A stretch of 63,956 nt of DNA, the filler included, from Reticulomyxa filosa (Eukaryota > Protista > Foraminifera): NCBI GenBank assembly GCA_000512085.1. It is 25 parts of 25 records of this genome, joined end to end, with 100 filler letters (N's around TTAATTAATTAA, not from the genome) between each part and the next. Parts side by side here need not be neighbours in the genome. Positions count along the whole stretch, not along the records: positions 37,630 to 40,695 come from ASPP01007176.1; positions 40,796 to 43,376 come from ASPP01024503.1; positions 43,477 to 47,427 come from ASPP01024311.1; positions 47,528 to 49,792 come from ASPP01023063.1; positions 49,893 to 51,117 come from ASPP01036329.1; positions 51,218 to 54,002 come from ASPP01005366.1; 19 more parts are not named here. The stretch is one strand, 5' to 3'. Shown in pieces: positions 37,721 through 51,558 of this stretch. Made by a program: the position numbers and the translations under genes. Every line of letters starts with the position of its first letter. The stretch's first letter is position 1. The notes below the pieces were generated by a model. That model saw only the letters and a list, made by a program, of their open reading frames with translations, was not told the DNA's origin and did not search any database.

Positions 37721-38218
37721 GTGTTTGAATGGAACAAAGACACGACGACAACGAAACACGAAAAGAAATATACTCGGACAGACAAGAGAACACACGAGTT
37801 CCCAATAGACGCAGGATATCCGATCAAGGACAAAGCGTATAGCGTGGAATATCACCCTCGGAAAATGACGAATGAACACTATGCGGTTGTGATTGCGCGC
37901 GACACGAAATGGCAAAGGGACTGCTTTCGCTTCGCGTCGCATATCGACTTGCGCAAATATCGCGATGCCATTTATAGCGGACGTCAAGACAGAATGGCCA
38001 ATTTCATTCAAAACAGCATTGCCACATTGCCACCCGCTTACTTTGCCAGCGCCATTATCTCTTATTCCCATCGCACCACTGCTCCATTCCACTTGGCCGC
38101 TCGTCGTGGCTATGTGCGTGTTCTCAAAGATATTTACAAAATCTTTCAGCAACAATTCATTGTCAGCAAATGTTGGCCACCGTGTTTTCATTTGTTTTCT
38201 GACAATGATAACGATAGC

Positions 38219-38253
<35 letters not shown>

Positions 38254-40640
38254 TAATAACAATAATAACAATAACAACAATAATAACAATAATAATAATA
38301 ATGAAAATGAAACTAAACAAGAAAACAAAAAGGATGACAGCTTGTCACAAAATTCATTTATCATTTGCAACTATTGGCATTTGTCAGATCAACGATTGCG
38401 AGTGATAATTGCACAATATCGTGAGAAACACCACATTACACAAAGCACTCAATCACGGCCGCTGGGATACGAAAACTGGTCCGGTTCGGACACGATCCAT
38501 TCGGAGAGCACTTCAGATGAAGACAGCGCCAATGACAATGACAATGACAATGAGGCAATGGATGGAGGGTCACTGCCTAAACAAGGAGATGGGGCAACTG
38601 AAGAGGACGGCGAAGAGGAAGCAGAGATTCGAGACAACAGCAAAAGCAATCCCTCGATTTACAATGAAAAACAACCGCTCGATTATTTGATGCTGTACGA
38701 CCGCACAAACGAAGGCGACAATCACAGCGACAAAGAAAAAAATGTGGTCGAAATACCTTTTGTGTTGTCTGAGGCACCTCATCATAACAGTAATAAACAT
38801 GAGCATGCACGCACTTCCTCCAACAAACTGATTAGCAAATTTAGTGTTGAAAGAACCAACTACTCTTCCACCGCCACCGATCAAGTCGATGCTAAAAAAA
38901 CAGGCAATGACAAATTTGTATTGCACAGTCTGTCAGGCAAACATCAATCACAGAGTGAGACAGTCTCGTCAAAGTCAGGCAATAAAAAAGAGAGGAGCAA
39001 AACGACGGCGATGAAGCCACAAATCCAATCGCAATTACAGTCGCAATCGCAATCGCAATCGCAATCGCAATCACATACATCACCACAGCAAGGGCAGTCG
39101 TACGTTCATCACGACGAAAAGGGGTCCAAACGCAAACAATGTTTGATCGACCTTGCCCGAGGCAAACTGCGCTTTGACGTGAAGAAGCGAAAGGTGATCG
39201 ACCCTACACAAGTGCCTCTAGAAGAAGAAGAAGAAGAAGAAGAAGAAGATGATGATGATGATAATGATGATGATAATGATGATGATGAAAATGATAACAA
39301 CAACGTGGAAGACGAAGAGGAGGATAACTATGATAACAATGATGAAGAGAGCAATATTGAGGACGAAAGAAAGATGGATCCCTATGCATTGAGGAAACTC
39401 GAAGCGATGGGATCAGGGACCATCCCAAAACGTGCTTCAACAAAGGCGAAACAAAGCGACAAGAATAAAAATAAAAATAAAAATAAACACAAAACGAAAA
39501 ATAAAATAAAAACCAAAAGCAAAAAGAATAAAAATAAAAGCAAAAGCAAAAGTCATCGAAAAAGTAAACGTGACAATGAGAGTGAATCGTTTTTCGTGAA
39601 AGTGGAAAAAGTGCGATTGCTAGAGATTGGCGACGACGAGTTTGAGATTGTCGAATACGAGGACACGGTGATGGACCTGCGTCATATCCCCGACGACATG
39701 GGCGTGTATATGATCAATTACTTTGTCAACGCATACGATTGCTCCACGCGCACCGCATTGTCTCACGCCGTCGAAAAGGGACACATTGACGTCTTGGAAT
39801 GGCTGCTGTCGCATCCTGGAATTAACATTGAAAAGGGCGGTGAGCACCACGACGAATACTGGACCCCTTTGCACTATGCCGCGAGATATGGTCATGTCGA
39901 CATTATCGAATTGTTATTGCGTCGAGGAGCTAATATCAATGCTTTGACCTCAAAGAAGAGTTTTGTTCATTAAAACAAATTTTTTTTATTTATTTATTTA
40001 TTTTGTTTTTTATGCATATATACATAGAATCAACGGCATTACATTTGGCCTGCGCCACTGGCAATGCCGAGTCAGTGAACACACTGCTGAAACATCATGC
40101 CAACACGCAATTGGAAGACATCTACCAATGTACTCCGCTGTCATTGGCCATTCATTTCAATGAAAAGCTGGTCCAAGAAGCGCTCTTTCAATCCAACATT
40201 GGCATTTCTCAACATGACACGAGAAGATTGAAACGTGATGACCATATGTTCCGACGCTTCCATTGGATCAAATTAGCACGACCAGTGACTTGCAATCAAT
40301 TGTTTCATTTTATTTTTTTGTCTGTGTCTGTGTGCAAGTTTGTGAAGTGAAATGCAACATCTCAAAAAAAAAAGGTTGTGTTTGGAATAATTGGTGGGAT
40401 TGAAACAAACAGGCCTCCATTCCCTGTGGACCTGTGGTGCATCATATGTGGCTTCATGTCGTGCAGAGACTTACTCTTGAATGTCCGACTGACGTGCTAC
40501 GGCATGTTAGTTGCTGTGCATCACCCGGCCATTCGCAAATTAGTTGCTTACTTTGAATGTTTGCCGTCACGAATCGACCATGTCCATTACAACAAGGCTC
40601 AGAAATCTTTCTATCTCAAAAATACTTCCAAAACGTTTGG
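37721..40640 (+). CDS. Ankyrin-repeat + F-box protein with long low-complexity region; partial at both ends
   Basis: ANK motifs TAPFHLAARRG, TALSHAVEKGHIDVLEWLL, WTPLHYAARYGHVDIIELLL, STALHLACATGN and CTPLSLA. F-box-like PFPVDLWCIICGFMSCRDLLLNVRLTC at ~40415-40500. Confidence 0.85.
38218..38302. repeat. (AAT/AAC)n coding microsatellite (poly-Asn)
   Basis: Directly visible. Similar tracts: (GAYAAT)n 19635-19690, (GAA)n 23059-23094 and 39221-39249, (AAT)n 31369-31406 (intronic). Confidence 0.9.
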
Positions 40641-40656
40641 GGTTGTATCTCTCCCC

Positions 40657-40695
<39 letters not shown>

Positions 40696-40802
40696 NNNNN
40701 NNNNNNNNNNNNNNNNNNNNNNNNNNNNNNNNNNNNNNNTTAATTAATTAANNNNNNNNNNNNNNNNNNNNNNNNNNNNNNNNNNNNNNNNNNNNAACAC
40801 AA

Positions 40803-41108
40803 ATGATGGGTTTTTTAGGAAATATCACTGCTGTAGCAACAATGGCCTCACCGTTGATTGTCATGAAAAGAGTAATTCAAGAACAAAACTCAATTTACTT
40901 ACCTATTCCAATTACTGCAACGGCTGTGATTAACTCTTTGTCATGGGTGTTGTATGGGTTGATGGTTCAAGACTTTTTTGTGGTCTTCCCAAATGTCTTA
41001 GGATTAATCGCTGGATTGGTTCAAGTGTGTTTATTGTTAGCTTATCCTAGAAATGTTACCACAAAGGTAAATGGTGCAAACTCAATTGAGATGGAGTCTT
41101 TTGTGTAA
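40803..41108 (+). CDS. SWEET: SWEET (MtN3/saliva) sugar transporter, C-terminal triple-helix bundle
   Basis: MASPLIVMKRVIQEQNSIYLP...WVLYGLMVQDFFVVFPNVLGLIAGLVQ. Confidence 0.92.
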   Translation: MMGFLGNITAVATMASPLIVMKRVIQEQNSIYLPIPITATAVINSLSWVLYGLMVQDFFVVFPNVLGLIAGLVQVCLLLAYPRNVTTKVNGANSIEMESFV

Positions 41109-42082
41109 AAGAACCAAAAATAAAATCAAAAAACAATATTCATTGAAAATAAATAATACATTGTTTCCCGTGTCACAACCTAGTTACATCATATGTTTGT
41201 TGTCTCAAACGATCAATCTTTGTCATTTTTACTATTTTATTATCACTGAAGAAAAGGTTTAGCAATGATGAAAAATCTAGTAACATAAATTGCTAAATGG
41301 AAACTTTTTTTTTTTTTGCTATGGCGTCCATGTTCTGTTATGGAACAATTATTTAATATGTTAAGTTTTTTTTTGGCAGGTTTTCTCAAACCTGTCCAAT
41401 AAAAAAACCTCAGCTAAAAACACTGCCAAAACTCCATAACCAACAAAAAACTGTCACAAATTAGCCCTTACAGCCTCGAGTGAAAGTACATTGCTTGATC
41501 TCTCTCCTAACGAATCAGGAAAGAAACAATGCTCCATAAATGAATTCAACAAGGCGCCACACACTAATTCTGCTACAACTAAAGAAACAATGCTAAAGGA
41601 AAAAAAAATCTTCTTAGAAAAACATCAACAAAAAAAAGAAGACACCTAAATACTAAACACACAATAGCAGACATTCGCATACAACAGACCCTAATGAATG
41701 AGGAAAGAGTAACAAAACAAAAAACAACCAAAAGCAAACACAAAGAAACATAAGAAAGAATAATATTGCAATACAAGACCTCAATCCTCATCCCTCAAAA
41801 CAGGGTAATATTTCAAACAAAAAAGCAAATGAATATACACACCACCACAACAAGGCTTACCGCTTTATTAAATGGATACTGTTGATTTCAATTTTGTAAA
41901 GAAAAAAAAAACTACGATTGATAACATAACACCAACAGAACCTCTTTTTTTAAAGGGGAGAATCTAATACTTGTCGTTGTGGGGTTTTGTGTCCACAAAT
42001 TAGAGGAAAAAAGAAAATAAAAAAAAAGCTAGAAACAAACCACACCAGAAAGAAACCAAGACAATAAATATATGTTAGCTTT

Positions 42083-43132
42083 TCACGCGTTAATATTTTT
42101 GGCAAAATTAGGTTGATACACAGTCCATTCGGAAACGTTAGTGACATTCGAATTCCACGCTTCAATCAATGAGCACTGTACTTGAAGATCGTTGCATTCT
42201 GAAAGCCAAGGATGTTGCAGTGCAAACTCAGCCGTCGGCCTGTGTTTGCTCTTAACCGTCAACAAACTTCGGATGAAATGACAACAAAGATTGGAAGGTT
42301 CTAAGTTCTCTGGGAACTTGTAAGATCCTTTCTGAATTTTTCGAACCAAATCTCGATCTGACGAACCATAGAAGCATCGCTTCCCCGTTACCATTTCGAA
42401 GGTTAAAACCTTCGATAACAAACAAAAAACACAAGTGAACATATGTATCAATCCGAATATTTTATTACAATTAAAAGAAACATACTCCAATAGCCCAAAT
42501 ATCAGCAGCCTTGAGTTCCCTATCCATCCAAAACAAATAAAAAAATTTTGTATAGTGACAACGACAACAAAAAAATAGTCAAAATGCATGACTGACCATC
42601 CATAATGTTGTCTCCATCGCTCTGGTGCCAAATAGCATTGAGTTCCAACCAATTCGGTATAAATGCTATTATCTTTGACCACAATTGCGTCACCGAAATC
42701 GATTAACTTTGGAAAATTTGATTTCTTGTCAGTGAACACAACATTTTCGGGTTTGATGTCTCTGTGAACCTGATGATATTGTGTAAAGTGTAACACAATT
42801 CGTTTATAAGTACATTTTTCCTAAATTAAACATAATAAAAAAATTTGCAAGATATTTGCATTTACCATGTTGCGTTGATGCAACTCTTTCACAGTTTCTA
42901 ATAAACCACGGATCACTTGTTTTGCAATACGCTCAGATATTCTCTGATTTGCTTTAATTTTTTCTAAGTGTTTTTTTGTTAAAAAAAGCAATAACACAAA
43001 AATATTCGTCCATCTATTTTATACGTACATCAAATACAAAGAGACAATCTAGTTAACTGAATAAGTCACTGACACCAAGTTCGTTTAATACATAAAAATA
43101 ATTTTCATCAGCAAAGGCATCCACAATCCTAT
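42083..43132 (-). CDS. CAMK/CDPK-like Ser/Thr protein kinase, multi-exon, 5'-truncated
   Basis: IVDAFADENYFYVLNE, VHRDIKPEN, KLIDFG, GTQCYLAPE, ADIWAIG and RPTAEFALQHPW. Confidence 0.88.
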
Positions 43133-43338
43133 TATTCAAAGCAATACACCAAACATCAGATATACGTATAAAAGGGTAAAAAAAAAAGATTATTGGATAC
43201 CATAAAAAAAATTGACAAATATCTGCTGGTTGTTTTAATGTAAGACACAAAAACATACCGAATCACCCCATGACATTTCAAAACGTTCAAAAACTTGCAC
43301 TCGCCAACAAACAATAAATCCGAATGATTTTGTGCTCG

Positions 43339-43376
<38 letters not shown>

Positions 43377-43748
43377 NNNNNNNNNNNNNNNNNNNNNNNN
43401 NNNNNNNNNNNNNNNNNNNNTTAATTAATTAANNNNNNNNNNNNNNNNNNNNNNNNNNNNNNNNNNNNNNNNNNNNAAAAAAAAAAACAGATTTCAATTA
43501 ATATAATAAAAACTTAAAAAGTTTTTGCTTTATAATTTATATATAATTTTTGTAGAAAGACAGTGATACATACGAAGCACTATATAAGTTACATACCAGC
43601 CGTCAAAAAATTAGAATTTAATTGAACAGAGAGGTTGTTTAAAAAAAAAAGTCACGTCGCACGTCAATATTTTTAATACTATCTCTTATCTCTTTATTTT
43701 GCTTCATATTACTATAATGTCTTTGAAAATGTTACGTTGGAACGTATC

Positions 43749-45072
43749 AATGGACAGACGCGAAGAATTGACAGCCATGAGAAAAGAGACATGTTCACCT
43801 TCGGCAAACGAGAAAAGAAGAGACAATGAAAGCTACGGCTACGTCACGTTGAACGGTAAACACTTCGTGAATCCGTGGATTCCTTGGGTCCAGCTGTGTT
43901 TTATCGAAGGCCTCCAGTAATTCAGAGAACCAAAACCTCAATACTCAAAATCCACGTTTAGAAAAGTACGGCGATACAACAGAGCACGAATGCGTCCAAC
44001 ACCTCACCACTAACACAAACACTAGTACTAACACACCTTCGGATACTGCGAGTGATGGTGGTAGCATTACAAACGACGCTCTTTTACAATCTCCTCACGA
44101 AGCACTCAATGAAGATTTTCATCTGCATGTTGCGTGTCCAGGATGTCGTGAGTCGGTTGCAAAAGATAAAAAGGCCATTTTAGATCACAAGAAAAAATGT
44201 TTTGACAAAAACTGTAAGTTATTTTTTTTTATACAATCATTATGCATACGTATACTGTCACACCACGTTCAAATGAAACTTTACACGGCGTAAAATAGTT
44301 AGAACATAAAACTTTTGAATATTGTTTGTTTGTTTGTTTGTTGATGTCTGACTTAAAAAAGGGAGGACATGTTGGGATTGCTTACAAATGTTTTCGTCAC
44401 TAGCTGATTGCTTGAGACACAAGACTAAATGCACAAATTCGGCAGTTTATAAAAATCAACACAAAGACTATGTGTGTATTGTTTGCGGCCTTGTTTGTGC
44501 GACACAAAAAACTAAGTTAAATGTTTTAATCTTTTGTCTGCTTGTCAATTAATTTGAATTGTGTGGATTATCTCAAGATGTTCATGTGATGTTTTTTTTG
44601 TCATTGTCGGGTGCAACTTATATAGCCACGCATATACGCATTGTTCACCAAAAACCATTCGTCTGTACGGTCAAAGGCTGTTCAAAACGTTTTGGTCGTC
44701 CGTCCGTGTTTCGAGTTCATGTGATGAAACATGCCACGGATGAGCAACTTGAAATAATATGTAAACACTGCAATCTTGCATTTACATCAAAAAAGTCGCT
44801 GCAGCAACACACAGAATCATTTCACGTCAGGCTGAAGCCCTTTGTTTGTTTACATTGCAACAAAGCGTTTTCCAGGTGCGTATTTACTTTTTTTTTTCCC
44901 CTTCTTCTAAAGATAGCCTTTTTTTTCTGAACAGAAAGTGGACTTTGCTGTTGCACATCGAGAGTCACACGCCCAAACAAGAACAGTCACGTTTTGAATG
45001 TCCTGAATGTCTCAAAGTTTTACACGAAAGACAAACCTAACTAGACATGTTCGAACCCAACATTGCAAATAG
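43749..45072 (+). CDS. C2H2 zinc-finger transcription factor, multi-exon
   Basis: CPGC...HKKKC, KPFVCTVKGCSKRF...HVMKH, CKHCNLAF...HTESFH, KPFVCLHCNKAFSR|KWTLLLHIESH and FECPECLK/FTRKTNLTRHVRTQH. The last finger needs +1 nt at a homopolymer (~45015). Confidence 0.85.
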
Positions 45073-45587
45073 AACTGAGAACCGAAAGTGTGGTGTTGAA
45101 ATACGCTGTGCCGTTTTTTTGGCTTTTGTTTTTGAGGTTTTGGAAACAATTATCTACGTTTTTTTACTAATTATTTCGTGCAAAATTTGCCTAACCGCAT
45201 TATCTCCGCATGAAAAATAAAAAGGTATCGTTGTCCACACAGATATTAATTTGAGAATATACCAAGAACTTATCAGTTCATTAAGTTCTCCAAGAGGGAT
45301 TAATAAAATGTTCACGTTGGAATAGACTTGACTTTGTGGAACGAGGATGCGAACTTCTTCTCTGATTATTATTTTTACCCAAAAGAGTATATACCTGTGT
45401 TACACGTAGTGCCATTACATATATGACACTTTGATATTTGACCTTTTAACTCTTTTATGAACAGTACAGAGCAATTTTTAAACTGATTTCTTGCACAAAA
45501 TGCCCACTTTAAAAAAAAAGACAGGTTTCAAAAGGGGTCTACTTGATTTTTGGGACTGATATAATCTTATTTTTTGGAGAAAGAATA

Positions 45588-47093
45588 ATGAAGCGTTTTG
45601 TCTTGAGGGCGTCCAATCGCGATGATAGACTTAGTGAATTGAATATATCGTCGATTTTGAGTGAACCTTGTAAACTGGAGTTGATGCACAACGTGTTGTT
45701 AGGGATAAGCATAACGACAATGCTCTCGGAGAAAAGCGTGATAGAAGCGAGCAAGGACGAGTTGAATCTATCAAAAGGATTAGAAAAAAAGCCAATAAGC
45801 TATTCGTTTCCATCAGAAGGGACACCAAACACAACGCCTGCTCATGAAATGAATCCATTTGTTTTTGAGATCTATCACCCACAGATATTCGCGAAGTTGC
45901 GAGAGCATTTCGGTTGGGGTAAGACATGTGGCGAATATTTGAAAAAGTTATTGTACAATACAGGATCATTGGAAAAGGACAATCAAGATGAAAAAAAAGA
46001 CAATGTTAGTCAAAACGAACAGTTAAGTGATCCAAGCAATTGTACATTTCTTCGAATCCCTCGAACAAGAGAAGAATTACCAGTCAAAGAATTCGATGTC
46101 AACAGCAAATCAGGCAATTTTTTTTTGACAACCAAAAATGGTCAATTGTTGATTAAATCGATGTTGAAAGTGGAGTTTGATAGTTTAAATGAAATCCTTC
46201 CCTCGTATTACCAGCATATGATGGCGAATAAAGAAAGTCTGTTACCCAAGTATTTAGGATTGTTCCATTGGAGACAAGCATCCTACAAAACGACTAGTGC
46301 TAGAAATAAAAAAGAGGAAAGAAATATTGACTTTTATTTGTTGATCACTCAATCGGTATTCCATCCGGATATCCACTCTTTGTCATCTTTCAATGTCACC
46401 ACCATCTATGATCTCAAAGGGTCCACACATGGGCGAAGGGGTACCATATCCAATCCGCAACAAGACCAACCTACATCCACAGTAACAAATACACTCAATA
46501 CTGTTAATGAAGAAAAGAAAGACAATCCCCAAGACAAAGACAAGGATAACAATACTGACAGTGACAAATACCAAGGCAAAGACAACACTCCGGTCATATT
46601 CAAAGACTTGGAATGGATTGACCACAAGGAAAAAATCCAGTTTACAAGCACTGAACTAAAAAACTTATTTTTAAGTGTTTTGAAATGTGATTTGGAATTT
46701 TTATTTTCTCATAATGTCATGGATTATTCTTTACTTATCGGCTTGCACTTTCCTCGCACTGTTTCTTCTTCCTCTCGTCCATCCATCACAGACTTCTCTT
46801 CTCAGCCACTGAAAAACAAGGACGATCAAGAAGCCAAAATGACCGAACGTAAATCTCTCGTTAGTGATCACAAGTGCTCCTATTTTTATGACGTCCTTGG
46901 AAAGAAAGTCTTTTTTGTCGGAATTATTGATATCTTGCAAAAATACAATAATAAAAAAAAATTGGAACATTGGCTGTTGGGATTCAAGGCAGATCAATCC
47001 CAAATTTCCACTGTCGAACCAGAGAGATACAAACAGAGATTGTATGATTTTGTTGTCAAAAATGTGGTCGGGGAAGATGTTGATATATCGTAG
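45588..47093 (+). CDS. PIP5K: Phosphatidylinositol-4-phosphate 5-kinase (type I PIPK), intronless
   Basis: SKSGNFF, LLIKSM, LLPKYLGL, YDLKGS, FKDLEW, MDYSLLIG, GIIDILQKY and activation loop KKLEH (Glu indicates type I). Confidence 0.95.
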   Translation: MKRFVLRASNRDDRLSELNISSILSEPCKLELMHNVLLGISITTMLSEKSVIEASKDELNLSKGLEKKPISYSFPSEGTPNTTPAHEMNPFVFEIYHPQIFAKLREHFGWGKTCGEYLKKLLYNTGSLEKDNQDEKKDNVSQNEQLSDPSNCTFLRIPRTREELPVKEFDVNSKSGNFFLTTKNGQLLIKSMLKVEFDSLNEILPSYYQHMMANKESLLPKYLGLFHWRQASYKTTSARNKKEERNIDFYLLITQSVFHPDIHSLSSFNVTTIYDLKGSTHGRRGTISNPQQDQPTSTVTNTLNTVNEEKKDNPQDKDKDNNTDSDKYQGKDNTPVIFKDLEWIDHKEKIQFTSTELKNLFLSVLKCDLEFLFSHNVMDYSLLIGLHFPRTVSSSSRPSITDFSSQPLKNKDDQEAKMTERKSLVSDHKCSYFYDVLGKKVFFVGIIDILQKYNNKKKLEHWLLGFKADQSQISTVEPERYKQRLYDFVVKNVVGEDVDIS

Positions 47094-47833
47094 ATTACAT
47101 ATACTTATCATTTTGTTGCTATATTTTTTTTTTTTGTGTTTATAAGAATTGTGTTTTTTCTTGTTCTTGTTCATGCCCTCTCATCTTCTCTGTACTCTCG
47201 GTTTCAATATTTGCTGCTTCTTCCTCACTTTTTTCTCTCTTAACTTGCTTTTGTACAGTTGTTAAGAGAGGATAGGGAAGAAATTGTTGTTCTTTTTGTT
47301 TATTTTCTACTTTTTTTTTGCATGTCTTTTCTTGCTTAGACCGTTTCTCGTATGTGTCTGTATGCAAACACAGCACTTCTTCGGCAGCGGCTTCGCACCC
47401 CCCTGAGGAATGATAAAAAAACTATTTNNNNNNNNNNNNNNNNNNNNNNNNNNNNNNNNNNNNNNNNNNNNTTAATTAATTAANNNNNNNNNNNNNNNNN
47501 NNNNNNNNNNNNNNNNNNNNNNNNNNNAGCTGCTAATCACTGATCAAAATAAGACATCTACAAGAGCATAGATTTGCGCACGCTTTATTATCACTCTCTC
47601 CATCTTTTTTGTGAATTAAAAATTGATATATACATTGACCAAATCCAAATATCGAGAAATGATATAATAAACAAACAAAATTGAAGCAAAATACTGATTT
47701 CAATTTTTTGTTTTTTTCCATTAGATACTGAATGATTTTACTTGAAAAAAAGCATAAAACATCAAAAAGACTTTAAGTCGCTTGAGATTTAAAAAAACCC
47801 CTTGCATCATCGAGCCTATCATAAAAAGACAAG

Positions 47834-48560
47834 ATGTCGCCATTCAGATCATATGTTACCCCAGAAGAAATGGAAGATGAATTTATTCACAAGGAAAAAG
47901 ATATGAACAAAGAAAAAGAAGAAACGAAAGAGACAAGCACAGAATTATCTCATAACTTGAAAGAAGAAAAAAATAGTGAGAATAAGCATTTGATGAAACA
48001 AACAAATAAAAACGTGCTGAAGCAAATGTGGAAAGAAAAGAGACGAGGCTATGTCGATCATCATTTTTTCCATGGAGATGTGACAATGTCGATTGCTTCG
48101 AGATGTTACTACTGTGGTGATCACCTCTTACTTGACTATCTCATGCAAGTGATCTGAGTCAAGATAATAATTATCAAGGCGATTTTAGTCAAAACAAAAC
48201 AATAGTGATAATGGAATGAAAGTAAAGATGATTGATATTATAATAATGGTAAATAATCATCAATGCCAACAGGCAGACGAGATAGAGAGAGCCTCCTCAC
48301 TACAAATGTATCGCGACACTGGCCCATTTCCATCGACAGCGTGTGTGTGAAGCAGCTGACAACGAATCAAAAAGTACATGTTTTGTGGTATATACATGTT
48401 CGATGACAATAGAAAAAGCTTTAGAATTTGGTATGTTTTTTGGTTTTGAATGAAACCACATAGGCAAAAGTGAAGACATGGATGAATGGGTGATCACAAC
48501 AACAACAACTTCGCTCAATGAATGTATTATTACTGTCTCGGAACCAAATGGAAAGCTCTT
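47834..48560 (+). pseudogene. Degraded hypothetical gene with Cys/His motifs
   Basis: ORF 47834-48157 (CYYCGDH) and downstream HYKC fragments interrupted by stops. Confidence 0.3.
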
Positions 48561-49893
48561 ACATTAAAAAAAAAAGACCACAGCAAAGAGACAGCTGCCA
48601 AATATACTCGAGTGAATATGTAAGTCCAATCATCTCCAAATGTGCAAATGATCGCCAATATCATTAAATATCAGTACTATTTCTCTTTTGCTACATAGAC
48701 AGCATATTATCATTTCGATGTGCATGTAGTCTATGTAAAATGATATATGTACTTTTGAATGCATGGCAGCATCCATTGTAAGTAATATACATTTAGTTTT
48801 TTTGTTTTCATTGATTTGAGTAAAATATTTGAAAGATAAAAAAGTGGAGTTTGAAACATTAGTTTGGTTTGAATGACAATATCAAGTGTTTAGGCAGCTA
48901 TTTTAAAAAAAAAACGTGTAATCATATCTATGAACAATTGGTGATCATACTGCAATCTCGAAAATTAATTGAAGTGTGCAACTTTATATGAAAAGAAGAA
49001 TATCGTATGGATCATTATCAATATAATTATCTAAAATTAAAAATCAATTTATAAATACAACTTTGAATACGATAAATTAAAAAAGAAAACACACACACAA
49101 AATGAAATCCAATAAAATGAATAATGCAATATGGAATCTTGGCTTGTTGAATTTGGTTCAAGCTATTTCAGACAAGCAAAGATGAGATTGAATTAGGACA
49201 CAATGGAAAACAAGATATTATAAAGATGAAGTAAAAACTAAACTGGAACCATAGTAGAACTGCGCTTATGACGGCCGTTTTCCATGGTAGTGCTGTTGTA
49301 GATGATTGGAGGCAATTACACCACCCAAGTGGTTGCTCTCACATCATCTATTATTTCATAAATGCAGGCCACTGAAGGGGATGCAATGCATCCCTAAGCG
49401 CGTGAATATCTACTGGCACCAGCCACATGGCTGTCCATAGATAAGCTGCGTCTATTGAGGTCGTCGTCGTCGTCGTAGGACTCTTTTGCTTGCAGGACTG
49501 GTGGCGTCACGACCCCCTGAATGATGCAAACATTGCATCATATAATCGGCCTGCTATGCGTGCGAAATAAGCACTACAACTAAAATGTTATTGCAGGAAT
49601 CAGGAACAACTCAGCACCATTGCTGCGACCATAGAATAGCACCAATCAATCCAAAAGTAAAATAAAAAAAAACAAACGTAGTAAAAACAAAAAAAAAAGC
49701 TGGAATAAAATACACACGCCAAACAAGCAAACACAAATGGTAAACCCCTCCGACTAATCTCTCAACAAAAAAAAAAAAAAAAAAAAAAAAAANNNNNNNN
49801 NNNNNNNNNNNNNNNNNNNNNNNNNNNNNNNNNNNNTTAATTAATTAANNNNNNNNNNNNNNNNNNNNNNNNNNNNNNNNNNNNNNNNNNNNG

Positions 49894-49990
49894 CTTAAAA
49901 CCAGAAAATATTTTATTGGATTACTCTGGCTATGCGTGTTTGATCGATTTCGGCTTGTTCAAGGAATTGACTGATGGAGAAAAAGCAATA
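49894..49990 (+). CDS. AGC-group protein kinase exon fragment
   Basis: LKPENILLDYSGYACLIDFGLFKEL followed by a GT donor. No downstream kinase exons recognised, so possibly a pseudogene. Confidence 0.7.
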
Positions 49991-51558
49991 GTTTGTTTTC
50001 ACTTTGACGATATCTTTTTTGTTTGCTCGCTATGTTTTGATCTTTTTCAGAATTATTCTTTATCTTGTTTCTGATTTGTTTTTAGATGTTTGTTGGGCCC
50101 CAGAGAATAAGAGAGTAAAGATATGGCACATTGTACATTGCATTTGACAAAAAAAAGCCAAGAAACATAAAAATGCTCATGAAATGACTTGAGTCGAGGT
50201 AATGTGGTACCCGGTGTTTGTTTATATATTGACATATGTAACGTTGTTTGAGCGCTAGTTATGTATTTTTATATGTGTGTATATTACTTTGTACAAATCA
50301 ACAGAAGGCAGTGATTGCGAAGATAGTGAAAGTGAAAGCAGCAGCTATTCGAGCGATGAGATATGAGACATATGGAACAGTACAATAAACGCAAGCAACA
50401 AAACCTACAAAACAGGAAAAAGCGAGTCAGCAAAAGCAAGAACACGAGCAAGTGGATATTCAAACTTTTTGGGACGAAGGAGGATTGGACACTGAAAAAG
50501 ATGATGTTCAAAGAGCTTATGGTTACTACCACTACACGTTTTGAATTTTTTTTTCTTCAGTCGTCTTTATTATTTTCCAAAAAAAAAAAGTGTACGTAAT
50601 CGAGTGTGAATTGGAAAAAAAAACAAAGCAAACATTACAAGTGATGTCTCATACTCGAAAAGCAACGCTGTCGAAATTAGTAGACCATATTCCGACTGGC
50701 GGAGACAACAGTGATGACATTTGATATGGCTGAACTGGGCAATGGAGATGACGAACATGGCGCACCACACGATCCGGAAATCCTTCAATATTTGCAAGAT
50801 TTGGTGGGCAGTGAAGACAATAGTCTTTCGAGATTAGCATCTTCGGCTGCAGGTCGTGCGTGACATCATGACGACTTGTCACACGAGAACCACAATCATC
50901 TGTTCGTTCATTTCGTGTCTTTAGAAAATACTCATGGAGACACAACTTTGAAAGACAATGGTGATGTGTTATCTCAAACAAAAGAAGGCAAGACTCTGGT
51001 TCGCTTCATTTGTGTTTTTATTTTTTATCTGTTTTGTCTATTGAAAGCCATTGTACTCATTTGCAAATATAATGTATGAACTGCACTCTCGTCGATAGCA
51101 AATTTGGAAGTGGCTGGNNNNNNNNNNNNNNNNNNNNNNNNNNNNNNNNNNNNNNNNNNNNTTAATTAATTAANNNNNNNNNNNNNNNNNNNNNNNNNNN
51201 NNNNNNNNNNNNNNNNNGATGTTTCACCTCTTTATTTGTTGTATTTATTATTCTTAAGAAAACTGGCTCTGGACTGGATTCTTTGTGAGCTTAGTGCAAA
51301 TATCAGTTTTTCCTGATTAGTTTGCAGCTGTTGTGAGATACAGTTTAAAACAAATGAAATTGTTATATTAATCATACAAATACTGAACAATTGCTATAAC
51401 TTTAACAAATATTTTATTCAATGAAAATTACGTGTACTTACTAATTGATATTGGAAGCATACAAAATAAAAAACACTCGAATTATTACTTGTGGCAATCA
51501 ACAAAAACAACTGCCAACAATTCTAGTTCAACAGTGTTTCAAGTAAAACGAAGAACAA

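Noticed and set aside
37634-39895. Many antisense or overlapping ORFs with poly-I/L/S/H runs
   Set aside because: Shadow frames of microsatellites in the ankyrin gene.
45005-45025. Frameshifts in otherwise intact genes (C2H2 gene here, lamin ~57593, ~28225) as programmed frameshifting
   Set aside because: They fall in short homopolymers and are best explained as sequencing indels.
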